The notes: a model not told the origin generated them from the sequence alone. A DNA stretch of 64,000 nucleotides from Chloroflexi bacterium OLB15 (GCA_001567085.1 LMZS01000062.1:10658-74657), one strand, 5' to 3'. Numbered from the stretch's first letter, positions 28,517-39,095 are shown. A program made the numbers and translations.

Positions 28517-29848
28517 ATGCTCAGAAAAATCTGGTCTATTGCCTACAAAGACCTGTACATCACCTTCACTGACCGCACCGCGTTGTTGATCATGTTCGCC
28601 ACGCCGCTGACGCTGGCCGTGATCATCGGGCTGGTGTTTAGTGGGTTTATCAGTAATCAAGGCAGCGATGTGCCTGTACAGAACATCCCAGTTGTGGTGG
28701 TCAATCTGGATGAAGGGGTGATAGCCAATAATATGCCCCTCAATCAGGGACAGCTATTCGTGGATATACTGGTGCCGCAAGGCGAACCCGATCCGGATAA
28801 TACCTTACACCAGCTCACAGATGCGGTTCAGGGGACGGATGCCGCCGCTGCCCGCGCTGGCGTAGACGATGGCACATACAGAGCGGCGATTATCATCCCG
28901 CCAGAGTTTTCGCGCAGTCTCACAGTATCCGCTGAACAGCGCCAGATGACGCCTACTTCGGTTGAGGTTTACGCTAACCCCGCCAGCCCGGTCAGCGCCA
29001 GCATCATCAGCAGCATCACTGAAAGCCTCGCGAATCAAATTGCCTTAGGCAATATCTCTATCGCTGCGACGATTGACGCTCTCACCGCGCGGGCTGTTGA
29101 AGACCCCGCATTCGGGGTGGAATTTGGGGCGGCGGCGGTGACGGGTGAATTTAACCCCGATTTTTCGGCGGCATTTGATCCTGCCGTGAACCCGATCCAA
29201 ATTGAGCAGCAAAGCGTTAGCGGCGAGACCGCAGCCTTCAACCCGCTTGTTTTGTTTGGTTCGTCTCAAGCCGTCTTTTTCATGATGTTCACGGCAATGG
29301 CGGGCGGAAATGCGCTGTTGGAGGAACGCCGCGACGGCACCTTACAGCGGCAGTTGGTATCGCCAACGCCAAGAATCGCCTTGCTGCTGGGCAAGTTTTT
29401 AGGCACTTTGATCACCTGTATAGCGCAGGTTACCCTGCTGTTTTTGGGGCTTACGCTGGTAGGCAGCGTTCTGGCGGGTGAATTGAAATTCATCTGGGGC
29501 AGCAATTTCCTGCTCATCGGGCTGACCATTCTTTGCGTATCTCTGGCGGCATCGGGGATTGGCGCGTTGATTGCCAGCATTGTGCGGACGCCGGAACAGG
29601 GAAACACCGTTGGCACCATCGTCGCGATGTTGATCGGGCTGTTTGGCGGCGCGTTCTTTAGCGTTGAAACTGTTCCCATCATGAATATTTTCAGCCGCTT
29701 CACGATCAATTACTGGGGCGTAAATGCCTTCACTAAGCTTTCGCAGGGGCAGACGGATATCGGTCTGAATCTGCTTATCCTGCTGATTTTAGGCGTCGTA
29801 TTCTTCGCCATCGGGATGTTTTCTTTCAATCGCCAGTTAGATGTCTGA
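28517..29848 (+). CDS. ABC-2 type transporter permease
   Basis: N-terminal TM, large extracytoplasmic loop, C-terminal cluster of about 5 TM helices; start uncertain (TTG 28499, ATG 28508, ATG 28517). Confidence 0.8.
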   Translation: MLRKIWSIAYKDLYITFTDRTALLIMFATPLTLAVIIGLVFSGFISNQGSDVPVQNIPVVVVNLDEGVIANNMPLNQGQLFVDILVPQGEPDPDNTLHQLTDAVQGTDAAAARAGVDDGTYRAAIIIPPEFSRSLTVSAEQRQMTPTSVEVYANPASPVSASIISSITESLANQIALGNISIAATIDALTARAVEDPAFGVEFGAAAVTGEFNPDFSAAFDPAVNPIQIEQQSVSGETAAFNPLVLFGSSQAVFFMMFTAMAGGNALLEERRDGTLQRQLVSPTPRIALLLGKFLGTLITCIAQVTLLFLGLTLVGSVLAGELKFIWGSNFLLIGLTILCVSLAASGIGALIASIVRTPEQGNTVGTIVAMLIGLFGGAFFSVETVPIMNIFSRFTINYWGVNAFTKLSQGQTDIGLNLLILLILGVVFFAIGMFSFNRQLDV

Positions 29849-29865
29849 GGCGGGGAGCGCTATCA

Positions 29866-31137
29866 GTGCGACTTATACTTGATGTTGCCCTTAACGATCT
29901 GCGAATCCTCTTTAAGGATCGGGGAATCTGGATAAATCTCGTCATCATTCCAATTGTGATCGCCGTAGTCGTCGGTTACGTCAATGGCGCGGGCAATTCG
30001 GGCGCGCCTTCCAGCGTGGCTTTATTGATTGACGTGCTTGATCTGGATGGGAGCGCCACTTCGACGCAGTTTCTGGCGGCGGTTCGGGAGAGTAATCCCA
30101 ACCTTGTGCTTTGCCCTGTAGATCAAACTGAAGCCGATATTTGCCGTCTTGGTGAAGATCAGATTTCGCCTGAGCTGATCCGCCAGCGGTTAGAAGATAA
30201 GGTTTCGCTGGCATTTCTGGAAATTCCGGCGGGCTTTGGCGATTCGCTGAATCGCGGCGAAGATGTAACGCTGATCTACCGCGCTAACGAGAACGCGGTT
30301 GCCCCCAGCTATATCTTGCAGGCGGTTCAGTCAGCGGTGACCCGCTATGGCGGCGTGCAGGCAGCGGCGCAGGTTGGTATGCAAACCGCCGATCAGATCG
30401 CCTTTCTGCAATTTAGTGATGATGCTGACCGTGAGGCTTTTGCCAACACGATCCGCGAGAATGCTGATGCCATTTGGGCGACGAATCCGGTAAGCGTGAC
30501 GCGGGTTGATGCGGTGGCTGGCGAAAGTTCTGGCGGCGGCGGTGGTGGTTTCGCCCAGTCAATTCCCGGAATTGCAGCGATGTACATCATGTTTGCGGTG
30601 CTGCCAGTGACACCCGCATTCATCCTTGAGCGTAAAAACTGGACGCTTCAACGTCTGGCGATGATGCCCATCAGCCGATCTCAAATTCTTGGCGGGAAGC
30701 TCTTATCGCGCTTCGTGCTGGGCATGATTCAATACGGCATCCTGATGGGCTTCGGGGTATTCGTTCTGGGCGTGAATTTCGGCAGCGCGCCGCTGGCTTT
30801 GATCGCCGTGACCGCTGCGTATATCGTTTGCGTGACGGCTTTGGCGCTGGCGCTCACTACCGTCGTGACCTCTAACGGGCAGGCATCGGGCATCACGCTG
30901 TTTTTAACGCTGGTTCTCGCGCCTTTAGGGGGCGCGTGGTGGCCGTTGGAAGTAGCGCCGCCGCTGATGCAAACCATCGGGCATATTTCCCCTATCGCCT
31001 GGTTTATGGACGGCCATCAACAGGTGATTTTTTACGGCGGCGGTTTCGGCGCTGTGGTCATACCCATCGCAGTTTTGCTGGCGATGGCTGCCGTGCTGTT
31101 TCTCATTGGCGTGCTGCGGTTCCGCTTCACAAATTAG
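29866..31137 (+). CDS. ABC-2 type transporter permease (second subunit)
   Basis: Same architecture as the upstream permease; GTG start; Gly6 linker SSGGGGGGFAQ. Confidence 0.8.
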   Translation: MRLILDVALNDLRILFKDRGIWINLVIIPIVIAVVVGYVNGAGNSGAPSSVALLIDVLDLDGSATSTQFLAAVRESNPNLVLCPVDQTEADICRLGEDQISPELIRQRLEDKVSLAFLEIPAGFGDSLNRGEDVTLIYRANENAVAPSYILQAVQSAVTRYGGVQAAAQVGMQTADQIAFLQFSDDADREAFANTIRENADAIWATNPVSVTRVDAVAGESSGGGGGGFAQSIPGIAAMYIMFAVLPVTPAFILERKNWTLQRLAMMPISRSQILGGKLLSRFVLGMIQYGILMGFGVFVLGVNFGSAPLALIAVTAAYIVCVTALALALTTVVTSNGQASGITLFLTLVLAPLGGAWWPLEVAPPLMQTIGHISPIAWFMDGHQQVIFYGGGFGAVVIPIAVLLAMAAVLFLIGVLRFRFTN

Positions 31138-31140
31138 CTG

Positions 31141-33267
31141 TCATCCGGCAAAGGTGGCGGTTGGCGCAGCCTGACCTGAAAGGACGCCCGCTGGCGGCGG
31201 TGGTTGATCCAAATTGCTGCGTGTAGGCGCCGGCGTAGCTGTCGCAGGCGGCGATGGTGTGGCCGCAGGCGTGCGCGAACGTGCCAGCGCGGTGGCAGTT
31301 AGCGCAAAATTGCCGGTGACAGTTGGCGTGACCGGAAGCGGCGTCGCGGTTGCGGTTGGTGGAACAGGCGCGTTTATATCTACGGCCAGATCGTCAGGGT
31401 TGAAAGTGGGGCTGCATTCCAGGCCTTCACGCGCTATCCAGCCGTGCACGCCGCCGACCAGTTCAGCCCGCAGCCATGCGCTTGAAGTATCACGCGCGCT
31501 AACGATGATCTGCTCGCCTGCTGGTACGGTGGCGATCACATTAGCCGTAGTTCCCGGCGCATCATAGACCAGCGTTTGCGCAGCGGGCAGGCAGATCGGG
31601 CTGACGGTTTGTACAGTCAGCAGGCTCTGGATGCTTTCACCGGCGGCGTCAGTTGCCATCAGTTGCAGCGTCAGGTTCGGGTTGGTGATGGTGGCGGTGA
31701 AGGTTTGCTCTCCCTGTGCGGTCAAATCTATCGGCCCGATCACATCATCGCTAGCCACTAACCGCACGCTGGTAGCGTTAGGCACGTTCCAACTCACCGT
31801 GATCTGCTGCTCAACATACAGCATCAACGGCTGCGGCGCGACCAGAAAACTGGCGACGGTAAACGGCGCTTCAACGTACACGACAGCGGTGGCGACAGCG
31901 GTTACGCTGGTGTTCGCGGCGATCAACGCAACATTGACTTGCCCTTCCAGCCCAGCGGTATTGATGGATGCGGAAGTTTGCCCATCAAACGCGCCGGCAG
32001 GCGTACCATTGAGTTGAACTTCAAAATGATCGGCATTTCGCGCTGACCAGCCCAACAGCAGCGGCTGCCCTTGTTCAACCAGCGGCGGGGCGCTGAAACT
32101 TTGAATTTCTGGCGCAGGCGCGGGAGCGAATAACACCAGCAGCAGCACAACCGCCAGCGCCGCGATAGCCAGCAGCCCGCCAATAATGGCGAATAACCCC
32201 CAGCGTGGAAATGAAGGCTTATCCAGCAGATAAGCGCGGGTGGAAACGAGAAAGCCGGACGGATCGCCGGAACGCACCAGCAGATCAAAGGGGTAACGCC
32301 GGGTATCGCCGGTTAGCCGCGAGCGGCGCGGGGCAGCCTGACCCGAAATGACGGCGCGCTGCCCCGGCGCAAGAATCATTTGCGCGTTTGGCAGCGTAAA
32401 TTTGAGCGCGCCGCCGTTGGCATCCAGATCGCGGGCGCTCAGGCTTAAAGGCAGCGCGCCGCTGCCCTGATTGTGCAAATGCAGGCGGAAAGACTCGCCG
32501 GTACGTATCTGGCGGGCTTCAATTGCCATGCCAAAGCCGCTATAAGCCAGAATGCGCAGCGGAACTTCGGCGCTAACCTGTTGCGCAAGCTGGTTTTTGG
32601 GGCGTACCAGCACCACTACCGCGTAATTGCCCGGGGTGCTTTCTGGCCGGCGCAGCGGCTTAAAACTGATCATCGCATCTTCAGTTTCGCCGGGGCGCAC
32701 TTCTACTTCTGGCCGGTCAATGCGTATCCAATCTTTAGGGACGCCATTCACTTCAATGACATAACGCTGAGATTCTTCCCCCTGATTGATGACCAGCACA
32801 CGGGCGGAAGTATGCGCGCCCGGTGAAATGGCGATCTCTGGCGCTTCAACAGTGACGCTGAACTGCGCTTCGACGGCTTCGATATGGCGGGTTTGTTCTT
32901 CGGGAACGTCAACCGGGCGGGTAGGGCTTTCGTCAATATCGTGATACAGCAGGATCAATTCGCCGATCAGGATTTCTTCGCCGCCGTGCAGCACGCGGGG
33001 TTCGTCGTGATTCAGGCGGGTGCCATCCACAAACGTGCCGTTCGCAGAATCCAGATCGGTCACCACCGTTTCGCCGCCACGCCGCGAAAAACTCATGTGA
33101 TACCGGGAAATGGTATCGGTTTCCAGCGGGATCGTGTTGCCCGGTGATCTGCCAATTGAAATGTTATCGTCGTTCAGCGGGAACGATTTAATGATGCCAT
33201 CGGGAAAGAATACGTCCAAGCGGCCGTAAGCCATGTCCTGCTCCGACATGCCGAGAATTATGTGCAA
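31141..33267 (-). CDS. FHA domain-containing single-pass membrane protein
   Basis: N-terminal FHA (ISIGRSPGNTIPL ... ISRYHMSF ... DLDSANGTFVDG), central TM FAIIGGLLAIAALAVVLLLVLFA, SH3-like WLRAELVGGVHGWIA, Pro/Thr/Ala tail; start may be ATG 33249. Confidence 0.85.
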   Translation of the reverse strand: MHIILGMSEQDMAYGRLDVFFPDGIIKSFPLNDDNISIGRSPGNTIPLETDTISRYHMSFSRRGGETVVTDLDSANGTFVDGTRLNHDEPRVLHGGEEILIGELILLYHDIDESPTRPVDVPEEQTRHIEAVEAQFSVTVEAPEIAISPGAHTSARVLVINQGEESQRYVIEVNGVPKDWIRIDRPEVEVRPGETEDAMISFKPLRRPESTPGNYAVVVLVRPKNQLAQQVSAEVPLRILAYSGFGMAIEARQIRTGESFRLHLHNQGSGALPLSLSARDLDANGGALKFTLPNAQMILAPGQRAVISGQAAPRRSRLTGDTRRYPFDLLVRSGDPSGFLVSTRAYLLDKPSFPRWGLFAIIGGLLAIAALAVVLLLVLFAPAPAPEIQSFSAPPLVEQGQPLLLGWSARNADHFEVQLNGTPAGAFDGQTSASINTAGLEGQVNVALIAANTSVTAVATAVVYVEAPFTVASFLVAPQPLMLYVEQQITVSWNVPNATSVRLVASDDVIGPIDLTAQGEQTFTATITNPNLTLQLMATDAAGESIQSLLTVQTVSPICLPAAQTLVYDAPGTTANVIATVPAGEQIIVSARDTSSAWLRAELVGGVHGWIAREGLECSPTFNPDDLAVDINAPVPPTATATPLPVTPTVTGNFALTATALARSRTPAATPSPPATATPAPTRSNLDQPPPPAGVLSGQAAPTATFAG

Positions 33268-33354
33268 CTGTTAATTTTAGCCTGAATAGGGGGTGATTGG
33301 CAAAGACGGCGGTAAGGCGTGGGAAATAAAAGCGGCTGCGCCAGATAATGATCC

Positions 33355-33380
33355 GGTGAGGGCACCCATTAGCCCTCACC
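33355..33380 (-). terminator. hairpin downstream of bcp
   Basis: GGTGAGGGC / GCCCTCACC 9-bp stem, 8-nt loop, 37 nt past the bcp stop; weak U tract. Confidence 0.4.
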
Positions 33381-33416
33381 AGCCGCGTTCAGCCAGAATG
33401 GACTGCGCCGAAAAAA

Positions 33417-33878
33417 CTACAGCGCGTCAATCTCCTGCACGGCGCGTTCAACGCTCTCTTTCGGGCTGATCTTAATTTGAACGTCTGCCAGCTTGCCGCT
33501 TTCATCAATCACGAAATGCGAGCGAATCACGCCGATATAATCCTTGCCGAACAGGGTTTTTTCGCCCCATGCGCCCCACGCTTCGATCACCTGATGATCC
33601 GGATCGCAGAGTAGATCGTAGGGCAAACCTTCCTTGATTTTCCACTTAAGCTGCTCTTTTGGGGTATCGGGGCTTAGGCCAAGCACGACGGCATTATGAG
33701 CGCTTAGACGGGGAAATTCATCGCGAAAGCCGCAGGCTTGGGTGGTGCAGCCTTCGGTATTGGCTGCCGGATAAATGAATAAGATCACCTTTTTGCCGCG
33801 ATAATCGCTTAGCTTAACCTTCTTTCCATCCTGATTTTCCAGTTCAAAATCTGGCGCGGTATCGCCTACCTTGAGCAT
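33417..33878 (-). CDS. bcp: thioredoxin-dependent thiol peroxidase (Bcp/PrxQ)
   Basis: GDTAPDFEL ... GKKVILFIYPAANTEGCTTQACGFRD; GGGAG RBS before ATG 33878. Confidence 0.92.
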   Translation of the reverse strand: MLKVGDTAPDFELENQDGKKVKLSDYRGKKVILFIYPAANTEGCTTQACGFRDEFPRLSAHNAVVLGLSPDTPKEQLKWKIKEGLPYDLLCDPDHQVIEAWGAWGEKTLFGKDYIGVIRSHFVIDESGKLADVQIKISPKESVERAVQEIDAL

Positions 33879-34038
33879 TAGTTCCACTCCCTGTTGTGAG
33901 GCAGAATGACTGCCGTGAAGCATACTCCATCCTTTTTGAGAGACGCCACATCAAGGGTACTACTTACAATTTAGGCGGGTTCACAATGACGGCCGCTGTT
34001 AAGCGCCTTCTATCAGGTGTGGTATTCTTACCGCCACC

Positions 34039-35886
34039 ATGACCGCACGCCGACTTGCCCCTTTCGCCGCTTTTTGCGCTGCCCTGTTTCTGCTTCTGCT
34101 CGCTTATTTGCCGACTTTGCAAGCCATCCCTAACGGCTCTGACCATCTTTTCATGATTGATGTTGGCGAAACGCAGGTAGTTTTGAACGTATGGGGTACG
34201 CTGCACGCAACGGGCTACCCGCACTATGTGATATTAGGAAACGCGCTGACCACGTTGTTGAAGGCGCTAGGCGTGGACGCGGCAGCAGCGCCAGCCGTAG
34301 TGTCGTTGATCTGGGGCATACTGGCGCTGGGGCTGATCTTTTTGCTGGCGCTGCATATTTCAGGCAAAGCATGGATAGCAGGGCTGCTCATGCTTTGCTA
34401 TGGGCTGACCCGCCTGATCTGGATGCATCAGGTGATCGCTGAAATTTATTCTTTTGGTTTGTTCATGCTTGCTGGCCTACTGTGGATTGCGCTTGGCTTG
34501 CGCGGGCATGATCGGGCGCGGCTGTATGCGCTGGCGCTGCTGGGCGGCGCGGCTGTTGCCCATCATCGGGCGCTGGCGCTTTCGATTCCTGCGCTGTTAT
34601 TCGTGATGTGGCCTGTTTTACGGGCGCAGGGGCGGGCGCTGCCAAAAGTGTTGATCGGTTGCCTGCTGCTGGGGCTGATCGGTTTCATCCCTTACGCCTA
34701 TCTGCCGCTGCGTGAGGCTTCCGGCGCGGGATGGGTATATGGCGAGCCAGACAGCATTAACGGGTTTCTGGATCAATTTTTAGGGCGTGAGGCGGATCGC
34801 TTCATCGGCGCGCCAGCAACTATTGAAGCGTTGGGCGTGAATATCGCTAAAGTGACTGGCGCGTTGATCGAAGACCTGACGCTGACCGGCGTCGTGCTGG
34901 GCTGCGTGGGCCTTGTGTGTGGCACAGCCCGCCTGAATACCCGCCGCGCCGCCGTGACGTTTGCCGTTTTGGGCGTGAGCGCTTACGTGTTTCACTGCCT
35001 GCTGTACAGCGATTTACTGGTGGCGCTGCTGCTGATGATTTCGCTGTCGCTGGCCTTTGGCTGGTTATTCGCGGGACTGGAACTGATACATCTGCTTGAG
35101 CGATATGCCCCGAAACAAAGCCGCGCCGCTGCGCCAGTGGCGATTGCTGCGCTGGCAGTGATGTACGGGCTGGTACAGGTGGCGCAAAATCGCGATTTTA
35201 TCGCTGGGCTGACCGGCAACCGCGGGGGGCTGGAGACTATCGCGCTGTTAGAGGCCGCGCCCCCGAATGCAACCGTGATGATCGCGTGGGGGCCGCGCCA
35301 TTTTGCCGCAGGCTTCGCCCACGATGTTGAGGGGATACGCCCTGACTTAACGCTGGTGGATCACAAGGCGGATTACCGCGCTATTCTGGAAAGCGGCGAA
35401 TTGATCACGCCAGATTACACGTTCTACAATCAGCCGCTGGGATGGTGGCAAGATCGGATCGGCGCGCCAGTCTATCTAACCTCACCTGCGGCGGGATGGG
35501 TGCAGATATCGCGCCAACCTGTGTTCACCGGCTTGACCGCCGCCGGTATCCTGACTGAAGGCGACGTGCAGTGTGAAGCTGAAGGGCTAACGCTTTCGGT
35601 GCGATGGGTTTCTGAAACTGTGCCGGCGCAAGATTTGAGCGTTTTTGTGCATGTGCTGGATGCCGACGGCAATTTGATCGGGCAGGGGGATCAATCTGCG
35701 CCTGTTTACGGCCTGCGCCCGCTCACAACGTGGCTTGCAGGCGAGCAGATTGATGATACGTATCCGGTTCAGCTTGCGCCAGGCGCGGCGGCGGCGCTGG
35801 TGCGCTACGGTTTATACACGCAAAATGCCGATGGCAGTTTCACCAATGTGCTGGAAAACGATCTTCCGGTGAACTGCACAGCATGA
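34039..35886 (+). CDS. DUF2723/TMEM260-like GT-C fold membrane glycosyltransferase
   Basis: About 11 TM helices; first-loop acidic motif MIDVGETQ followed by GTLHATGYPHY; soluble C-terminal domain. Confidence 0.72.
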   Translation: MTARRLAPFAAFCAALFLLLLAYLPTLQAIPNGSDHLFMIDVGETQVVLNVWGTLHATGYPHYVILGNALTTLLKALGVDAAAAPAVVSLIWGILALGLIFLLALHISGKAWIAGLLMLCYGLTRLIWMHQVIAEIYSFGLFMLAGLLWIALGLRGHDRARLYALALLGGAAVAHHRALALSIPALLFVMWPVLRAQGRALPKVLIGCLLLGLIGFIPYAYLPLREASGAGWVYGEPDSINGFLDQFLGREADRFIGAPATIEALGVNIAKVTGALIEDLTLTGVVLGCVGLVCGTARLNTRRAAVTFAVLGVSAYVFHCLLYSDLLVALLLMISLSLAFGWLFAGLELIHLLERYAPKQSRAAAPVAIAALAVMYGLVQVAQNRDFIAGLTGNRGGLETIALLEAAPPNATVMIAWGPRHFAAGFAHDVEGIRPDLTLVDHKADYRAILESGELITPDYTFYNQPLGWWQDRIGAPVYLTSPAAGWVQISRQPVFTGLTAAGILTEGDVQCEAEGLTLSVRWVSETVPAQDLSVFVHVLDADGNLIGQGDQSAPVYGLRPLTTWLAGEQIDDTYPVQLAPGAAAALVRYGLYTQNADGSFTNVLENDLPVNCTA

Positions 35887-35908
35887 AAAATGATCAAGGT
35901 GGGGCTTT

Positions 35909-37226
35909 ATGAGGCGCTGGCTGCCGCTGATTGACCTGGTTTACCTGTTTGCGCTGATGCTGTTTGTGCTGGCAGGCGTGGCAATCGCCCCATTTCATGG
36001 CGATGAAGCCATGCAGATTTACATGAGTCGCGATTTTGAAACCGCGTTTGTGGATGGGGATCGCGCTGCGCTGACGCAAGGGCCGCCGTATTTCATTGAC
36101 GATGACAATCAGCTTCGTATTCTGAACGGCACGGTGCATCGTTATCTGGTTGGGCTGGCGAGAAACCTGATCGGTATCGGGCGGGATCAACTGATGCCGC
36201 GCCCCGGCTGGGATTGGGGGCTGGACTACGATTCAACGTTGAAACCGGGCATCTGCCTCAGAATCGCTGCTGCTGACGGGGCGCTATACGTCGGCGCTGC
36301 TGCTGGCGTTCAGCGTGCCGGTGATGTTTGGCATCGGCTGGCAGATCGGCGGGCGGCCAACGGCCTATCTGGCGGCGGGGTTGTTCGCCTTGCATCCGGT
36401 GATACTGCTGAATGGCCGCCGCGCGGTGCAGGAAGGCGCGCTGCTGTTCTTTGGCCTGCTGTCGGCGCTGACCGGCGCGGTGCTGGCGGCGCGGCGCGCG
36501 CGTGGGGCGGTAAGCTGGTATTTGTGGCCGGCGCTGGCGGCTTCATGCGCGTTGGCGCTTGCCAGCAAACATTCGGCGCTGCCGTTTGTAGCCGGCGCGT
36601 TGGGCTGGGTGTTCATTGCCGGATGCGCGCAATTTAAGCTTCGTCGAATACTAGCGACGGCGGCGGCGCTGATCGTTACCGGAATAATGGCCGGGCTGGG
36701 CTTCATCGCGCTTTCGCCTGCTTTGTGGAGCGATCCGCCTGCGCGCATTGGCGACTTGCTGCAAATTCGCCAGGAATTGATCGATTCGCAGGTCGCCGCA
36801 TTTTCGGATGGGCCGATGCCGGTACAAGATCGTATCGCTGGCGTTTTTACTAATCCGTTTTTGAGGCCACCTCAATTTTTTGAAGCGCCTGCATGGGCGG
36901 AATATGAGCCGATTACGCAGCAAATTCAGGCGTATACGGCATCCCCGCTGGCTGGCTATTCGTCTGGCGGAATTATTGGATGGATGCTGACGGCGGCGAT
37001 GATTCTGGGCGGCATTGGCTTATATATTCCGCGCTGGCGGCCCCGCCGCGATTGGGCGCCAACCCTGGGACTGAGCGTGTGGACGGCAATCACCGTGATC
37101 ACGCTGCTGTTAAGCCCGCTGGACTGGCAGCGTTATGCGCTTCCACTGCTTCCTGAAGCGGTTCTGTTCGCGGCCGCTGGCTTTACGATTATCGGTCGCT
37201 GGATCGTGCTAAGATCGAAACGTTGA
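35909..37226 (+). pseudogene. GT-C (ArnT/PMT-like, GT39/83-type) membrane glycosyltransferase interrupted by a +1 frame change near 36242-36260
   Basis: N-terminal part (frame of 35909) has the first-loop motif PFHGDEAMQIY; it then becomes Ala/Gly/Arg-rich off-frame text. The frame of 36315 opens at 36243 and reads SESLLLTGRYTSALLLAFSVPVMFGIGW ... ASKHSALPF, typical of GT-C. Confidence 0.75.
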
Positions 37227-37245
37227 TAATTCCGGAGATCAAGTG

Positions 37246-37812
37246 ATGCGATTGGCTAGCTTATTGATCCTTTGCGCCTGCCTGTTTCTGGCGGCCTGCG
37301 GTGGTGCGGCAGAACCCACACCAGCGCCAACCCCGGCAGAAGTGGATACTGCGCCACCGTCTACGCCTTCGGAATTGGGCGTCATCGCTCAAACGGTTGC
37401 CGTTCCGCCGCGTGGTGAGCTTGGCTATATAGATACGTCCGGCACGCCAGGCGTTCCCCAACCGCTGCAATTTGACATCGTGCAGCTAGAGATTCGCTCT
37501 GCGAACAGCAGCGAAAGCACGATCATCAACATTAGCAGCGATGGCACGGTGCTGCGTAATGACGTGCCGGTGCAGGTAGACCCCGCCGCCATTGAAACGC
37601 TGCGCGGTATGCTAGACCAGATCAACTTTTTCCAGATAGAGGGTGTGTTTGCTGGCGAAGGCAGCGTTACGCAGGGAAATCGCTATTTCCTCACCGTGAA
37701 TGGCTCCACCGGCAGCCGAATGATCACCGCTGATGACCAGTACACGCCATCAGAACTGCTGGCAATTTTCACGCTGATTCAATCGCTTGGCGAGAGCGCG
37801 CCCGTAGAGTAG
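37246..37812 (+). CDS. hypothetical lipoprotein
   Basis: Lipobox LFLAACGG after a hydrophobic leader; GGAG RBS. Confidence 0.65.
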   Translation: MRLASLLILCACLFLAACGGAAEPTPAPTPAEVDTAPPSTPSELGVIAQTVAVPPRGELGYIDTSGTPGVPQPLQFDIVQLEIRSANSSESTIINISSDGTVLRNDVPVQVDPAAIETLRGMLDQINFFQIEGVFAGEGSVTQGNRYFLTVNGSTGSRMITADDQYTPSELLAIFTLIQSLGESAPVE

Positions 37813-37890
37813 CACATGACAGGCGCAAATGATCTGGCGAACAGTCGGAATCGGGGGCTTAAAAGGACTCGTGCTGGCTTTTTGCTGATC

Positions 37891-38553
37891 TCAGTTTGAG
37901 GTGCATCCGGGGGCGGTATCGCGGAAGAACCAGCCGGGCAGCAGCTCGCTTTGGAACACGTCGCCTTCAAAGGCAAGGTTAGGCGTGCCGAAAGCTACGT
38001 AAACAGGCGAATTCCAGAAATCAACCACATCCATCGGGCAGGTGAGGATATTGAACACGTTCACGCTGCCATAGTGCGCGATATGCACCACACCGTCAGC
38101 TTGACGGTCATTGTCGGGGTGTACGGTGTGCAGCGTGCGCGAGTCTGGATCGCCAAGCGCAAGTTCCATCTGCCCAAGGGTAAGCGTGGTTTGCAGAACG
38201 ACGCTGATCACGCGCTCTTCACCGTTAAGCACTGCGGTTTCGATACGGCCATCGAAAGCGCGGCCAGTTTGTTCGTAAACGGTTGGGCGGAAGTCGTTCC
38301 ACCACCATGAGATCATGCCGGGAACGATGCGTACTTCAGCGACAAAAGGAAGCTGCTCTAAGGCCGCTACCGCTTCGGCGACGGTGGTACTGCCGGGCTG
38401 AATGCCGTGCCAGCAGGGCATGGAGCAGCCGTCGGGCGGGGTCAAAAGCTCGCTGAGCGAAGCCACCGGATCATCGGCGTTCACCCGCGCCTGTGCCATG
38501 ACAACGGTTAAACCGCCTAGAAAGACCAGCGCAAATACAACAATCAGGCGCAT
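37891..38553 (-). CDS. hypothetical exported protein
   Basis: Signal-like MRLIVVFALVFLGGLTVVMAQA if started at ATG 38553 (track ORF extends to 38673). Confidence 0.55.
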   Translation of the reverse strand: MRLIVVFALVFLGGLTVVMAQARVNADDPVASLSELLTPPDGCSMPCWHGIQPGSTTVAEAVAALEQLPFVAEVRIVPGMISWWWNDFRPTVYEQTGRAFDGRIETAVLNGEERVISVVLQTTLTLGQMELALGDPDSRTLHTVHPDNDRQADGVVHIAHYGSVNVFNILTCPMDVVDFWNSPVYVAFGTPNLAFEGDVFQSELLPGWFFRDTAPGCTSN

Positions 38554-39095
38554 CGCAAAATTCCCGAATAAACCGAAACGAGCAGCCGAAAGCGCTGGGA
38601 TGACGGGGAATTGATCGTCAGCGCCAAGCGGTAAGGCCGGATATTCACCAGTCGCGGTTGTGCGGGCAGCCATAAAACAGCATTAAGCCTAAACTGAAAA
38701 TTAACGACTGTTTTAATTATCAGCGACGATCTGGCGCGCGGCGGGTGGGACATGAGTACTAACACCGTAAATTTGATGAGTTTTTCATAATTCAACACAG
38801 CACTTTGTGAAGGGCTGGCTTGCCGAACAATCCGCGTTCCCTAAACTCACTGTTGGCGACCCAACACAAGCGCGCCATTGTACAGCCACACGGGCAAAAG
38901 GGATATAAGAAACCCTACGATACAGGCATCGGCGCGGCATATTTCACACGATTGGCCTGTAATTGCATAACTGTTAACCATACGATCCACCATCTTTGAT
39001 AATGAAGTGGGTACAATGATTGTGCATTTCGGATCGTGCACGAGACGCATGGTTTCGCTTAAGATTCGGGGTGTAAGTTAAGGTTGGAGGCGCAT

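Noticed and set aside
30534-30551. GGC/GGT triplet run as a possible microsatellite or repeat element
   Set aside because: It is in frame and encodes a Gly6 linker inside the ABC-2 permease loop.
35909-36637. Reading the 242-aa track ORF as an intact small gene
   Set aside because: Its last ~130 aa are Ala/Gly/Arg-rich off-frame text, while the overlapping frame reads genuine GT-C membrane sequence. I interpret it as one frame-shifted gene.
38847-39050. 67-aa minus-strand ORF in the long intergenic region
   Set aside because: No RBS and no recognisable motif. It could be a small membrane protein, but support is insufficient to call a gene.
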